Assembly: GCA_963813715.1 (NCBI GenBank)
Contig: CAWFAK010000016.1
Location: 256,001-320,000, forward strand
Length of the DNA: 64,000 bases
Direction: 5' to 3'
Origin: an uncultured Planctomycetaceae bacterium
GTDB taxonomy: Bacteria > Planctomycetota > Planctomycetia > Planctomycetales > Planctomycetaceae
How positions within the stretch are numbered: position 1 is the stretch's first letter; every line of letters begins with the position of its first letter. Positions 20,670 through 31,392 of this stretch are shown piece by piece. Both the position numbers and the translations under genes were made by a program. Below the pieces are notes generated by a model. It searched no databases. It was not told where the DNA came from and saw only the letters and a program-made list of their open reading frames with translations.

Positions 20670-21851
20670 CTACGAGCGACCCAGCAGCACGTAGCGGACG
20701 CAGACCGGCTCTTTCATCCGCAGCTTTTGCCCCGTCGGCCGCAGTCGGCCCGTGGCCGGGTCGATGCGGAAGACGACCACCGAGTCCGAGTCCTGGTTGG
20801 CGGCCAGCAGAAAACTGCCCGTCGGATCGATGGCGAAGTTTCGCGGCGTTTTCCCCTGCGTCGATTCGTGACCGTCCGGCGTGAGTTTGCCGCTTGCCGC
20901 GTCGACGGTGAAGATCGCGATGCTGTCGTGCCCGCGATTGGCCCCGTAGACGTATTTCCCCGACGGATGCACGGCGACTTCCGAGGCCGTGTTAACGCCG
21001 TGGAAGTCTTTGGGCAGGGTCGAGACGACTTGAATGCGGGAGAGCGTGCCGTTGTCGGCGTCGTACCAAAAGGCAGTGATCGTGCTGTCGAGTTCGTCGA
21101 TCGCGTAGGCGAAGCGGCCGGTCGGATCGAATGCGAAGTGTCGCGGGCCAGCACCCGCCGCCATTTGCACCGTCGGCGGTTGGTTCGGCGAGAGCTTGCC
21201 GGCCTTGGGGTCGAAGCGGTAGACGAAGATCTTGTCGGCGCCCAAGTCGCAGACGAAGGCGAAGTGGTTGGCCGCGTCGAGATTGACCGAGTGCGCGTGG
21301 GCCGCCTCTTGCCGCTCCCGATTCACGCCGTGACCCCGGTGCTGCATCACCGACGAGGCCGGCCGCACGCCGCCGTGTTCGTCGATCGGCAGGACGGCAA
21401 CCGCGCCCCCTTCGTAATCGGCGACGAGCACATTCTTGCCCGCCTTGTCGACGACCAGATGACACGGGCCGGCGCCGCCCGAGGACTGTTCGTTGATTGC
21501 GCGCAGCGCGCCCGTTTCCGGCACGACGGCAAACGCGACGACTCCGCCAGTCCGACGACCGCCGAGCGAAGAGACCTCGGCTACCGCATAAAGATGTCGA
21601 TGATCGGGAGCCAGGGCCACGAAGGAGGCGTTGACGGCCCGACCGGCCAGGTGCGGCTCGCTCACCGTCCCGGTCGCCAGGTCTAACTCCGCGACGAACA
21701 CGCCCGCGGTCGGACCGTTGCCGTAGGTGCCGAAATAAACACGCTCCCGCCCCTCGGCGGCCGAAGCTTGCGCGACTAAAGCCGCCATCAAACCGATCGT
21801 CGCGATCCAGGCAAATAGAATCCGGCAGGCGCGCGAGAAGAGCGATTTCAT
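20670..21851 (-). CDS. 6-phosphogluconolactonase/lactonase family beta-propeller protein
   Basis: YFGTY, GAGPCHL, RQEAAHAHS, DLGADKI, GPRHF, NRGHDSIA and PRNF; signal-like N-terminus. Confidence 0.9.
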   Translation of the reverse strand: MKSLFSRACRILFAWIATIGLMAALVAQASAAEGRERVYFGTYGNGPTAGVFVAELDLATGTVSEPHLAGRAVNASFVALAPDHRHLYAVAEVSSLGGRRTGGVVAFAVVPETGALRAINEQSSGGAGPCHLVVDKAGKNVLVADYEGGAVAVLPIDEHGGVRPASSVMQHRGHGVNRERQEAAHAHSVNLDAANHFAFVCDLGADKIFVYRFDPKAGKLSPNQPPTVQMAAGAGPRHFAFDPTGRFAYAIDELDSTITAFWYDADNGTLSRIQVVSTLPKDFHGVNTASEVAVHPSGKYVYGANRGHDSIAIFTVDAASGKLTPDGHESTQGKTPRNFAIDPTGSFLLAANQDSDSVVVFRIDPATGRLRPTGQKLRMKEPVCVRYVLLGRS

Positions 21852-21868
21852 GGCGGCAACCTCGGCAA

Positions 21869-22828
21869 TCAGCCTACGAGCAACTCGAACGTTTTGTGGA
21901 AGTAATCGAGGACGCCGGCTTCCGACACGCGGACCGGAACCTCCATGTTGAGGCGGTGCACGGGCGTCGTCATCCGCCGGTCGGCCACCGTCATGCCGCG
22001 AGTCAGCTCGCCGGAGATTTCCACGTCGACGGCCAGGCGGCGGCTCTCGAACAACTCGGGCCGCGAAACCGCGCACAGGGCGACCACCTCGCGAATCGGA
22101 AAGCCTTCGCGTCCCAGATGCTCGTGATAGGCGCGGAAGCCGTAGGTCAGCATGTTTTTCAGAAATTTCCCCCGGCGGCTTTCGTCGTCGCACAGTTTGT
22201 GAATCTGGTCGACGGTCAGGACGGCTCCCCGGGCGATTTCCAGCGGGATCATCGATTTGGTGGCCGGCATCCGCAACACGTTGCGGGCAGCCTCTGGGTC
22301 GCAGTAGATGTTGAGTTCAGCCGAAGGCGTCACGTCGCCCCCGCCGTCGACCGCTCCGCCGAGGCAGATCAAGCGTTTGAGGCTCGGGAGAAAGTCGGAG
22401 TTGCGGTCGCAGGCCCGTTCGACGTTGGTCAGCGGCCCCAAAGTGAGCAGCGTGATCTCGTTGGGCGCGGCCTTGACCAGCTCGCTCAGCACGCGGGCCG
22501 GGTCGCGGATGTTGTGCAGGTCGGCGACTTGCACGTCCAGATCGCCCAGGCCGCCGGGGCCGTTGATTTTGAGCACGATGTCGCCGGCCGGATCGAGGGG
22601 CGGGGCCTCGACCGGAGTGTCGGACATCAGGCCGCCGAGCCGGGGCCACTTGGCCGGATCGAGCGTCTCCACGATCGCTTGGACGTTGCGGGTGGCCGTT
22701 CGCGCGGTGACGCATCCGGCCGTCGCCGTCAGGCCGATCAGGTCGATCTCCGGATCAAACAGCGCCAGGGCGATCGCCAGGGCGTCGCCGATTCCGGGGT
22801 CGGCATCGATGATGAGCTTTTGCGGCAA
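21869..22828 (-). CDS. Nucleoside hydrolase (IUNH family), atypical motif
   Basis: IIDADPGIGDA, LGPLTN, AELNIYCDPEAA and TRGMTVAD; TTG start assumed. Confidence 0.85.
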   Translation of the reverse strand: MPQKLIIDADPGIGDALAIALALFDPEIDLIGLTATAGCVTARTATRNVQAIVETLDPAKWPRLGGLMSDTPVEAPPLDPAGDIVLKINGPGGLGDLDVQVADLHNIRDPARVLSELVKAAPNEITLLTLGPLTNVERACDRNSDFLPSLKRLICLGGAVDGGGDVTPSAELNIYCDPEAARNVLRMPATKSMIPLEIARGAVLTVDQIHKLCDDESRRGKFLKNMLTYGFRAYHEHLGREGFPIREVVALCAVSRPELFESRRLAVDVEISGELTRGMTVADRRMTTPVHRLNMEVPVRVSEAGVLDYFHKTFELLVG

Positions 22829-23205
22829 GGGGGATCCTTTCGCCTCCGCCGGAGCAAACGCCGGTCTGGCCCGGTTTTGTGCCCGCAAAAATTTGTGCCT
22901 GCAAAAAGCGGCCCGGGCAGCGGCCCATTCTACGGAAAGGCTATCACCGCCGCGACAGTCTGCCCGAAAGGGAACCGGGCCCGCGCCACGGTCGACTTAC
23001 GCAGACCTTGTGAGCGAGGCTAGGATGGAAAGAGATGGGCACTCGATTTGCCGCACGCTTACGCCGCTGGCAGCAGTGCGTCGGCGAGGACTAAGCGGGC
23101 GGACTTCGGCGAGCTCGGTCGAGCCGCGAGGACGCCGACCCCAGCCACCCAAGGCAAGCCATTCAGACTCCAGCAATCTCGAAATTGAGCCGATAGCGCA
23201 CCTTC

Positions 23206-24224
23206 ATGGCCGACGCAATCCACAACGCGATCGCAATTCTGATGAAGGAGCGGAGCCTCACTGAAAACGAGACGCATGCGGCCGTCCTGCAGGTGATGGA
23301 CGGCAACGCCTCGTCGGTCGGCTTGGGAATGCTGCTGACGGCCCTGAAGCTCAAGGGCGAATCGGTTGACGAGATCGTCGGCGCGGCCCGGGCCATGCGC
23401 GAACGGGTGACGCCGATTCGCACCAGCCGCTCCGGATTGCTCGATACGTGCGGCACGGGCGGGGACGAGCTGCAGACCTTCAACATCAGCACGGCCACGG
23501 CCCTCGTGACGGCGGCTTGCGGCGTGCCGGTCGCCAAGCACTCCAACCGCAGCTTCAGCAGCCGCAGCGGCTCGGCCGACGTGCTCGAGGCTCTGGGCGT
23601 GCGCGTCGACCTGTCGCCCGAGCGGGTCGCCGGCTGCATCGACGAAATTGGCGTCGGCTTCTGCTTCGCGCCGCTGGTGCACGGGGCGATGCAGCACGCG
23701 ACGCCGGTGCGCCGGCAACTCGGCTTTCGCACGATCTTCAATCTGCTCGGCCCGCTGACGAATCCGGCGTCGGCCGAGTTTCAGCTTTTGGGGGCCGGCA
23801 AGATCGCCGTCGCCGAAAAACTTGCCGCCGCCGCGGCCCGCCTGGGGACGAAGCGCACGCTGGTCGTCTGCGGCAACGACGAGCTGGACGAAGTGAGCCT
23901 GTGGGGCACGACCAAGGTCTTCCGCGTCGAAGGGAATGCAATCGAGACCTTTGATTGGAGTGCCGCACAGCTGGGGCTGCCCGAATGTCGCGTCGCTGAT
24001 CTCCGGCGCAGTCCCCGGCCGAAAGTGCGGAGACCATCCGGCGGCTGCTGGCGGGCGAACCGGGGCCGGCGCGGAACATTGTGCTGGCGAACTCGGCGGC
24101 TGCGTTGATCGCGGCCGGACGGAGCACCAATCCCCGCGAAGCCGCGCAGAAAGGGGCGGCTGCCCTCGATTCGGGAGCGGCGGCGGAGGTGCTGCGGAGG
24201 CTGGTGGAATTCGCGAAAAAATGA
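23206..24224 (+). CDS. trpD: Anthranilate phosphoribosyltransferase (frameshift near 24010)
   Basis: DTCGTGGD, FNIST, VAKHSNR, GSADVLEALG and RTIFNLLGPLTNP; shifted frame gives VLANSAAAL...LRRLVEFAKK*. Confidence 0.92.
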
Positions 24225-24293
24225 CCTTGCGCGGCGTGAAAATCGGTGTCGAAAACTTCGTGCAAAGCGGAAAAGGGAGCGCACTTGGCTCCC

Positions 24294-24321
24294 TTGCGTT
24301 GGCCATCGCGCACCCTATAAT
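24294..24321 (+). promoter_or_regulatory. Putative sigma70 promoter of the nuoI-led cluster
   Basis: TTGCGT (24294-24299), 16-bp spacer, TATAAT (24316-24321). Confidence 0.5.
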
Positions 24322-24450
24322 TCGATGAGGTTTCAGTGATTTTTTGGCAACAATCGCTCGGGTCTGCGGGCGAAAATGTGCCGATGAACTAAGATGGGAC
24401 CGGTCGGGCGGGCAGCTCGCGGCTTGGCAGTTTTTAGGTCGGGACGATCC

Positions 24451-25008
24451 ATGATCCAGTGGTTCCGAAATGTGTGGGTGGCGGTGGTCACCGTGTTTCA
24501 GGGGCTGTTTGTCACCCTTGGAATCATGGGTAAGACGTACCGCCGCCGCACGTTCACGGAGGTCTACGAGTATCCGGAAGTGCCTGTGCCGGTGAAGCCG
24601 CGCTACCGCGGATTCCACCGGTTCGACCTGACCGCTTGTATCGGCTGCGAAAAGTGTGCGGTCGCCTGCCCGGTGGACTGCATCTATATCGAGAAACAGA
24701 AGGCCCCGGTCGGAAAAGGTTTCCGCATCGACGGCTTTACGATCGACTATACGAAGTGCATGTTTTGCGCGTTGTGCGTCGAACCGTGCCCGGTCGACTG
24801 CATCTTCATGGGGTCGAATTTCGACCTCAGCTGCTACAGCCGCGACGGGTGCATCGTCGACTACGCCAAGCTGCCTTTGCAGACCGCCTGGGGGCAGACC
24901 ACGCTGAACCCGACGGCCGTTTCCGAGTCTAAAGTTTTGTATCAGCCGGTTTGGGTGCAAGGGGAACCGAGCCCCTTCGAGTTCGCGCCGGCTGCCGGCG
25001 AACACTGA
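24451..25008 (+). CDS. nuoI: NADH-quinone oxidoreductase subunit I
   Basis: [22 protein letters not shown] and [12 protein letters not shown] (two 4Fe-4S motifs). Confidence 0.9.
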   Translation: MIQWFRNVWVAVVTVFQGLFVTLGIMGKTYRRRTFTEVYEYPEVPVPVKPRYRGFHRFDLTACIGCEKCAVACPVDCIYIEKQKAPVGKGFRIDGFTIDYTKCMFCALCVEPCPVDCIFMGSNFDLSCYSRDGCIVDYAKLPLQTAWGQTTLNPTAVSESKVLYQPVWVQGEPSPFEFAPAAGEH

Positions 25009-25042
25009 AATCGGACGCTGAAATCGGAAATTTGAAATCGGA
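25006..25042. repeat. Three direct copies of TGAAATCGGA
   Basis: Copies at 25006, 25019 and 25033 in the nuoI-DUF2203 spacer. Confidence 0.75.
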
Positions 25043-25078
25043 CACTAAGCTCGGCTTGGCATCCGCGAGGTCCCGTCC

Positions 25079-25546
25079 ATGAACACTGCAGCGGGCAAGA
25101 AGTATTTCACCGTTACCGAAGCCAACGCCATGTTGCCGTTGGTCCGGGCGATCGTCGATGACATTGTGCAGCTGAAGAACGAGATCGAGGAGCGGTCCGA
25201 GCGGCTGCGGAACGTGCGTCGCCTGCCGGGCCAGCGTCGCGGCGAAGACAACCCCTACGACGAAGAGGTCCAGCAGATCGAAGTGGAGATCGAGAAGGAG
25301 AACGATCGCCTCGAGGAATTCTGCGACGAGCTGCGGCGCCTGGGCGTCGAGTTGAAGGACCCGCGCGTCGGCCTGATCGACTTCCTCACGCAGATCGAAG
25401 GCCGCGAGGCCTATCTCTGCTGGAAGCTGGGCGAAGGCGACATTGCCTACTGGCACGAGATCGAAGCCGGCTTCGCGGGGCGACAATCGCTGCTCGAAGG
25501 ATCGGCCCACGGCGGCAAGCCGAACGGCGGCACGGAAAAGAAGTAG
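25079..25546 (+). CDS. DUF2203 family protein
   Basis: [32 protein letters not shown] and [10 protein letters not shown]. Confidence 0.9.
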   Translation: MNTAAGKKYFTVTEANAMLPLVRAIVDDIVQLKNEIEERSERLRNVRRLPGQRRGEDNPYDEEVQQIEVEIEKENDRLEEFCDELRRLGVELKDPRVGLIDFLTQIEGREAYLCWKLGEGDIAYWHEIEAGFAGRQSLLEGSAHGGKPNGGTEKK

Positions 25547-25576
25547 CGCGCAGACCACGGAAACCACGCAGGATCC

Positions 25577-26146
25577 ATGACAGACCTCGTCGGGCACTTC
25601 ATTATCTTTGGCATCGTCGCGGTCGCCCTGCTGGCCATCCCGCTGATCATTGGCTGGTTCGTCCGCCCCAATCTGCCCACGCCCGAAAAAGTTGCAGTCT
25701 ACGAGTGCGGCGAGCCGACGATCGGCTCGAGCTACATTCAGTTCGACTTGCGGTTCTACGTCGTCGCGCTGTTGTTCATCATCTTCGACGTGGAAGTGGC
25801 GTTCTTCTTTCCGTGGGCACTGATCTACGGCGGAGCCACGCAGCTGGCCGACCCGCGCTTGGCGCCCGAAGCTCGTATGGTGATCACGGAGAAGCTGCTC
25901 AACGCGCCCGCGTCGCAGGCCGTGACACCGATCACCTCCGCGACGGGCTTTCGCCTGGCGGCGCTGAGCTTCTTCGACATCCTGGTCTTTTTCGCGGTGT
26001 TGCTCGTCGGCTTCGCCTACGTGTGGAAGCGGGGCGACCTCGATTGGGTGCGTGCCGTCTCACGAAGGTCGACGTTCCCCGCCCAAGCCGGAACTCCGCG
26101 CGTCCCTGCGCCCGAACCAGTCCGCGTGCCGCAAACCGTGAGCTGA
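25577..26146 (+). CDS. nuoA: NADH-quinone oxidoreductase subunit A
   Basis: YECGEP, RFYVVALLFIIFDVE, FPWA and YVWKRGDLDW. Confidence 0.92.
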   Translation: MTDLVGHFIIFGIVAVALLAIPLIIGWFVRPNLPTPEKVAVYECGEPTIGSSYIQFDLRFYVVALLFIIFDVEVAFFFPWALIYGGATQLADPRLAPEARMVITEKLLNAPASQAVTPITSATGFRLAALSFFDILVFFAVLLVGFAYVWKRGDLDWVRAVSRRSTFPAQAGTPRVPAPEPVRVPQTVS

Positions 26147-26210
26147 GGCGGCGCCCTCGCGGCGGAATTTCCCACTCGGCTCGGGCGGCGCACCAACGAA
26201 CGCTGGATCC

Positions 26211-26745
26211 ATGAACGCTCAAGAAATTCACCAGTTGCTGCTCGAACGGTTCGGGGCGTCGAGAATCACCGGCGTCAACCTGACCGCCACGGACCCCTGG
26301 GTCGAGGTCGCTCCCGCCGCCATCCACGAGGTGAGCCTCTTCTGCCGCGACGACGATCGGCTACGGCTCAACCACCTCAACAACCTGTGCGGCGTCGACT
26401 ATTGCGAGCCCGATCCAAAGAAGGCGGCCAAGTACGGGCACGAGCCGCACATCGAGGTCGTGTATCACGTGTCGAGCTTGCCGCGGAAGCACAAAATCAC
26501 GCTCAAGGTGATGCTGCCCCGCTGGAAAGACGGCAAGACGGGCGAAATCCCCGAGGTCGACTCGGTGGCCGACATTTGGGGCATCGCCGACTGGCACGAA
26601 CGGGAAACCTACGACCTGATGGGCATTCGCTTCTTGGGACATCCCGAACCTGCGGCGGATCCTCTGCCCGGAAGACTGGGTGGGCTATCCGCTCCGCAAA
26701 GACTACGAGATGCCGCTGGAATACCACGAAATCCGGGGACGGTAA
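26211..26745 (+). CDS. nuoC: NADH-quinone oxidoreductase subunit C (extra C near 26645)
   Basis: [24 protein letters not shown], then [20 protein letters not shown] in the shifted frame. Confidence 0.9.
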
Positions 26746-26783
26746 GGGCGCTCGGGCTGACGAGCGTTTCGCCGGTTGCCGAC

Positions 26784-26893
26784 AAGCACGAAGCTCGAAT
26801 GACGAATGAAGCACTAAGCACGAATGATTCCCCTCGTTCGTGCTTCGGTCATTCGGAAATTCTTTCGTCATTCGGATTTCGTCATTCGACATT
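26784..26893. repeat. Inverted element built from short (C)GAATGAC/AAGCAC-type units
   Basis: Left arm carries AAGCACGAA and CGAATGACGAA; right arm carries their complements TTCGTGCTT and TTCGTCATTCG (twice). Confidence 0.7.
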
Positions 26894-26905
26894 TGTGAGC
26901 CGCAG

Positions 26906-28144
26906 ATGAGCATGCAATTGGAAGATCCCCGCATCGTCGAGTTCGACGTGCGGACCGACGAGATGCTGGTCAACATGGGGCCGCAGCATCCCAGCACTCA
27001 CGGCGTGCTCAGGCTCTTGTTGCGGACCGACGGCGAAGTCGTCCACGAGGTGACGCCGCACATCGGCTACCTGCACCGCTGTGCCGAAAAGATCGGCGAG
27101 AATCTCGCGCCGCCGCAATGGATCCCCTACACCGACCGGATGGATTACCTGGCCGGGATGAACATGAATCTCGGCTGGGCGCTGGCGGTCGAAAAGCTCG
27201 TGAAGATGGAGGTGCCCGAAAAGGCGATGGTCCTTCGCGTGCTCATCGCCGAGATGGGCCGCATCGCCAGTCACCTCGTGGGGATGGGGGCGTACGGGCT
27301 CGATCTCGGCAGTTTCAGCCCGTTTTTGTACGCCTTTCGCGAGCGGGAAATCGTTCTCGACTTGTTCGAGGAAGTCTGCGGGGCACGGCTTACCTACAGC
27401 TACCTGACCATGGGCGGCGCCACGCACGATTTTCCCGAATCGATCACCATTCCGCCGGGCCTGGCCGCGCTCACCGGCAAGTCGCCCAAGCTGCAGCTAT
27501 CGTGGCTCGAGGCGTGCGGCCTGTTTCTCGATTGGCTCGAACCGCGGATCAGCGAGTACCACAAGCTCCTGACCCGCAATCAGATCTTCATCAAGCGGAC
27601 GGCCGGCTTGGGGATTCTCTCGCCCGAAATGGCGATCAGTTACGGCTGCACGGGCCCCGTGCTGCGGGCCAGCGGCGTCGATTTTGACCTCCGCCGCGAC
27701 GGCGACCCGATCTACACCCGCATGTACCAGGGCTACGACTACAACGTCATCGTCGCTCCGTTCCAGGATGCGCCGCCGGAGGTCGTGCTCGGCGACAACT
27801 GGTGCCGCTTCTACGTGCGGATGCTGGAGGTGGTCCAGTCGATTCGCCTCGTGCGACAGGCGATGGCCAAGTATCCGACGGCTCAGGGCACCTACCGCGT
27901 TCCCTTCAAGATGAGCACCAAGCTGCCCAAGGACGAAGTCTATCTCGAGACCGAATGTCCCCGCGGACAGATGGGCTTCTACATCGTCGGCAACGGCGAC
28001 GCCAACCCGCTGCGGGCCCGGGCCAAGAGCTCGTGCTTCTGCAACCTGTCGATCACCGCCCCCATCTGCAAAGACTTTCTGCTCGGCGACATCCCGGCGA
28101 TCGTCGGCTCCCTCGACATCGTGATGGGCGAGATCGACCGGTAA
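26906..28144 (+). CDS. nuoD: NADH-quinone oxidoreductase subunit D
   Basis: NMGPQHPSTHGVLRL, GYLHR, DRMDY, TGPVLRASG, ECPRG and GSLDIVMGEIDR. Confidence 0.95.
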   Translation: MSMQLEDPRIVEFDVRTDEMLVNMGPQHPSTHGVLRLLLRTDGEVVHEVTPHIGYLHRCAEKIGENLAPPQWIPYTDRMDYLAGMNMNLGWALAVEKLVKMEVPEKAMVLRVLIAEMGRIASHLVGMGAYGLDLGSFSPFLYAFREREIVLDLFEEVCGARLTYSYLTMGGATHDFPESITIPPGLAALTGKSPKLQLSWLEACGLFLDWLEPRISEYHKLLTRNQIFIKRTAGLGILSPEMAISYGCTGPVLRASGVDFDLRRDGDPIYTRMYQGYDYNVIVAPFQDAPPEVVLGDNWCRFYVRMLEVVQSIRLVRQAMAKYPTAQGTYRVPFKMSTKLPKDEVYLETECPRGQMGFYIVGNGDANPLRARAKSSCFCNLSITAPICKDFLLGDIPAIVGSLDIVMGEIDR

Positions 28145-28171
28145 CGCGGTCGCCGGACGCGGGAATGACAG

Positions 28172-29158
28172 TTGGTGATTCCCAACCCGCCGCGAAAACT
28201 GGGCCTCGAAGCTCTTCAACTCGCCGTTCGCGAGCGGCCACGAACGCTGATGTTCGGTGCGCTTGGGATCTTGATTCCCGTCGCCCAGGCGCTCGTGCTC
28301 TGGCTCTTCTCGACCCTCGCTCACAACGCGGACGACGCCAGGATTCGGGCCGGCGGCAAGGCCGCCCAGGGGGAAGTCCTGCGTGTTGAGGAGGATGCCT
28401 TCGGCCCGACCCTGAACAACGTGCCGCCGAAAAAGGTCACCTTCCGTTACAAGGCTGACGGCGTCGAACATGAGAAGTCGGTGACCGTCAACGCCCCCGA
28501 AGTGTCCGGGTGGAAGAGTGGGAGACCCGTCGCAGTCGTCTATTTGAACGGCGAGGCGATCTTGGCTGACATACACCCCCCCGAGTTTCCAATCCCGCCG
28601 GGTTTGATGATCGCGTCGATCGTCTGTTGGTCGCTCGCTGTCGTTGCGGTTCTCGCTTACGGATTGGCCGGGGCGCGGCGGAAGTATCTCGTCCTGCGGC
28701 ACGGCGTGCTCCGCGAGGGGAAATTGCTTTCCTTTGAGACGTGGACCATGTTCACGTCGTCATTTCCGAGCGGCTGGTTCCGCGTGAGCTACACGTATGT
28801 GGACTCGACCGGGCGCGAGCGGCTCGGCGTCTCGCGCTCGCGCGATTTGACGCTGGCCAACCACAAGCAAAAGGGAGACCCGATCGAGATTCTGGTCATG
28901 CCATCGGACGAAAGACTCTCGACCCTGCTCGATAGTGCCGCCGAGCGCAGCGCTGATCCGAACGTGAAGAAGGTTCGCGCGCGATTCAATCCGGCCGGTC
29001 GCTGCCCCTATGGTCGCCGGTCGTCAAAAGCCCCGCCACCGTCAAAGTCGCTGGCCAATCGTGTGTGCGCATTGGATCTAACCGCCATGCCGTGGGGACT
29101 TGGACGGCGCTTGGAAAGATTTCCGAGTCAGGCCGGGCTTGCCGTCGATAACGGTTAG
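28172..29158 (+). CDS. Hypothetical membrane protein with two DUF3592-like beta domains (true end may be near 28967)
   Basis: TM / beta-domain / TM / beta-domain pattern (VTFRY..G, VSYTY..G, GDPIEIL); the tail looks like read-through. Confidence 0.55.
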   Translation: MVIPNPPRKLGLEALQLAVRERPRTLMFGALGILIPVAQALVLWLFSTLAHNADDARIRAGGKAAQGEVLRVEEDAFGPTLNNVPPKKVTFRYKADGVEHEKSVTVNAPEVSGWKSGRPVAVVYLNGEAILADIHPPEFPIPPGLMIASIVCWSLAVVAVLAYGLAGARRKYLVLRHGVLREGKLLSFETWTMFTSSFPSGWFRVSYTYVDSTGRERLGVSRSRDLTLANHKQKGDPIEILVMPSDERLSTLLDSAAERSADPNVKKVRARFNPAGRCPYGRRSSKAPPPSKSLANRVCALDLTAMPWGLGRRLERFPSQAGLAVDNG

Positions 29159-29256
29159 ACGCGGCGCGCGGATTGCGCCGGGAATGCGTCTGGCTGGAGG
29201 CAGGGAACGCCGTGGGTCTGTTCGTCTCTGGGCAGCGCTCGATCGAAGTGAGATCG

Positions 29257-30990
29257 ATGCCGCGACGATCGAGTGAACGCCGGCCGCGACGGTTGACTTG
29301 CTCGCGTCGCATAGCCGGCGTGCTCTTGGTCGCGTGGCTGGCTGCCTCTGGCTGCAGCCCCGCTCCGCACACCAATCTGGTCGACTGGGTGCATAACGGT
29401 TTCAAGGTCGGGCCGAATTATTGTCCGCCGTCGGCGCCCGTCTCGTCGGGTTGGATCGACGCGGGTGACGGCCGCGTGCACGTCGATCCGGCGCAGGACT
29501 GCGCCTGGTGGACGGTCTTCAACGACTCCACGCTCAATAGCCTGGTGGAGACGGCGTACCGGCAGAATCTCGATCTTCGGGCGGCAGGCGCCGGATCCTG
29601 CAGAGCCGCGCACAGCGGAATATCGCCGTCGGCAATCTCTTTCCGCAGACGCAGACCGCCCAGGCTAACTACGTGCATGCACAGATCAGCCAGAACCTGG
29701 GGCTGCCGATCCCCAGCCCGTTCAACGTCTGGGCCGACGGCTTCAATCTGTCGTGGGAGATCGATTTCTGGGGCCAGTATCGCCGTTCGGTCGAAGCGGC
29801 CGAGGCCGACTTGAACTGCGACGACCGAAAGTTATGGCGACACGCTGGTGATGTTGCTCTCCGAAGTGGCCACCAACTACGTCCAGCTGCGAACGTACGA
29901 GCAGCGGCTCACTTTCGCGCGGCAGAACGTGGAGATTCAAAAACGCACGCTGTCGCTGGCCGAGGCCCGCTGGCGGACGGGCCGCTCGACCGAGCTCGAT
30001 GTGCGGCAGGCCCGCACGAGCCTGTCGCAGACCGAGGCGCTCGATTCCTCCGCTCGTCGCCGGGAGGCGGCAAGCCAACAATCAGTTGTGCACCCTCTTG
30101 GGCATGCCCGTGACGGATCTGGCCGCGGGTATGGTCTCCGCGCCGATTCCGAGTGCCGCGTCCGACGTGGCCGTTGGCGCGCCGGCCGACCTCGTGCGTC
30201 GGCGTCCCGATGTCCGCCGGGCCGAGCAGCAAGTGGCCGCCCAGTCGGCGCGGATCGGCGTGGCGGAGTCCGATCTCTATCCGCAGCTGGCCATTAATGG
30301 TTTTGTCGGCTTCATCGGCAACGACTTCCGCGAGCTGTTCGAGTCAAAGAGCTACACAGGACTTTTCTTTCCATCGCTCACGTGGAAGATCCTCAACTAC
30401 GGGCGGATCACGAACAACATCAAGCAGCAGGACGCCAAGCTCGACGAGGCCGTGGATCAGTACCAGCAAAGCGTGCTCACCGCGGGGCGCGAGGTGGAGG
30501 ATGCGCTCGTCGGCTTCCTGCAGGCCCAGCAGCAGTCGGCTCAGCTCGAGAACGCCGTCCGCGACGCACAGCGCTCGGTCGAGCTGGTCACGCTGCAATT
30601 CGAGGCGGGCGTCACCGACTTCAACCGCGTCTTCCAAACGCAAACGACGCTCGTCAATCTCCAGGACCAGTTGGCGACAACGCGGGGCAACATCGCCCTC
30701 AACCTGATTCAGCTCTACAAGGCACTCGGCGGCGGCTGGCTCTGCTTCTGCGACAGCCAGGGAATGCCCGGCCCGCCGGGAGTGCAAGCCTCGTTCGGTC
30801 CGCCTGGGCTCGAGACGCCGGCGCCGGCTGCATCTGCTGCATCGACGAGTGCGCCGCCTCCGAGTCAGGCGCTTCGAGTTCGGTTGCGCCGGCGCCGAGT
30901 CAGCCGATGCAGAATGCCCCAGCCCCGAGCTTACCCGCGCCGAGTTTGCCCGAGCCGCCCAAATCGGCGCCCGCCCCATCCAATCAATGA
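29257..30990 (+). CDS. Outer-membrane efflux lipoprotein (TolC/NodT family), several frameshifts
   Basis: LAASGC lipobox, KVGPNY.PP, WWTVFND..L, SWEIDFWG, EVATNYVQLR, RRRPDVR.AE, EVEDAL and LYKALGGGW across four frames. Confidence 0.85.
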
Positions 30991-31007
30991 ACGGTGGGAG
31001 TGAGCAT

Positions 31008-31090
31008 TGGGTGGCACTGGCGGCTCGTCCGCCAAGTGTGCATTTGTCGGCGCACAAGCACACTGGCGGACGAGCCGCCAGTGCCACCCA
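31008..31090. repeat. REPIN-like inverted pair (family A, copy 2)
   Basis: TGGGTGGCACTGGCGGCTCGTCCGCCAAGTGTGC ... GCACACTGGCGGACGAGCCGCCAGTGCCACCCA, near-identical to 20553-20639; a fragment GCCAGTGCCACCC also at 31353-31365. Confidence 0.88.
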
Positions 31091-31392
31091 CGATACGAAG
31101 TCGGCTCGACGTGAAGGCTACGCGGCCGTGGTCGTGAGGGAATCGTGACGACTCACATCTTTCCCAAGCCGACGGCTCGCCGTCGGTCTTCCTTATTCTT
31201 CTCAACGGTATTTCTGTCTGGCCTGACGCCTCTTCGATTCTCTGCAACCGAGTCATTCTTGCAGAAATCCCGGAACCGACGGCAAGCCGTCGGCTTGGGA
31301 AAGGGGTGGTCTCAGCTGATCCCGAAGTCGATCTCGCCGGTCTGGCATTCGGGCCAGTGCCACCCGTCACTCGCGATTTGCGCGGCGCGCGA

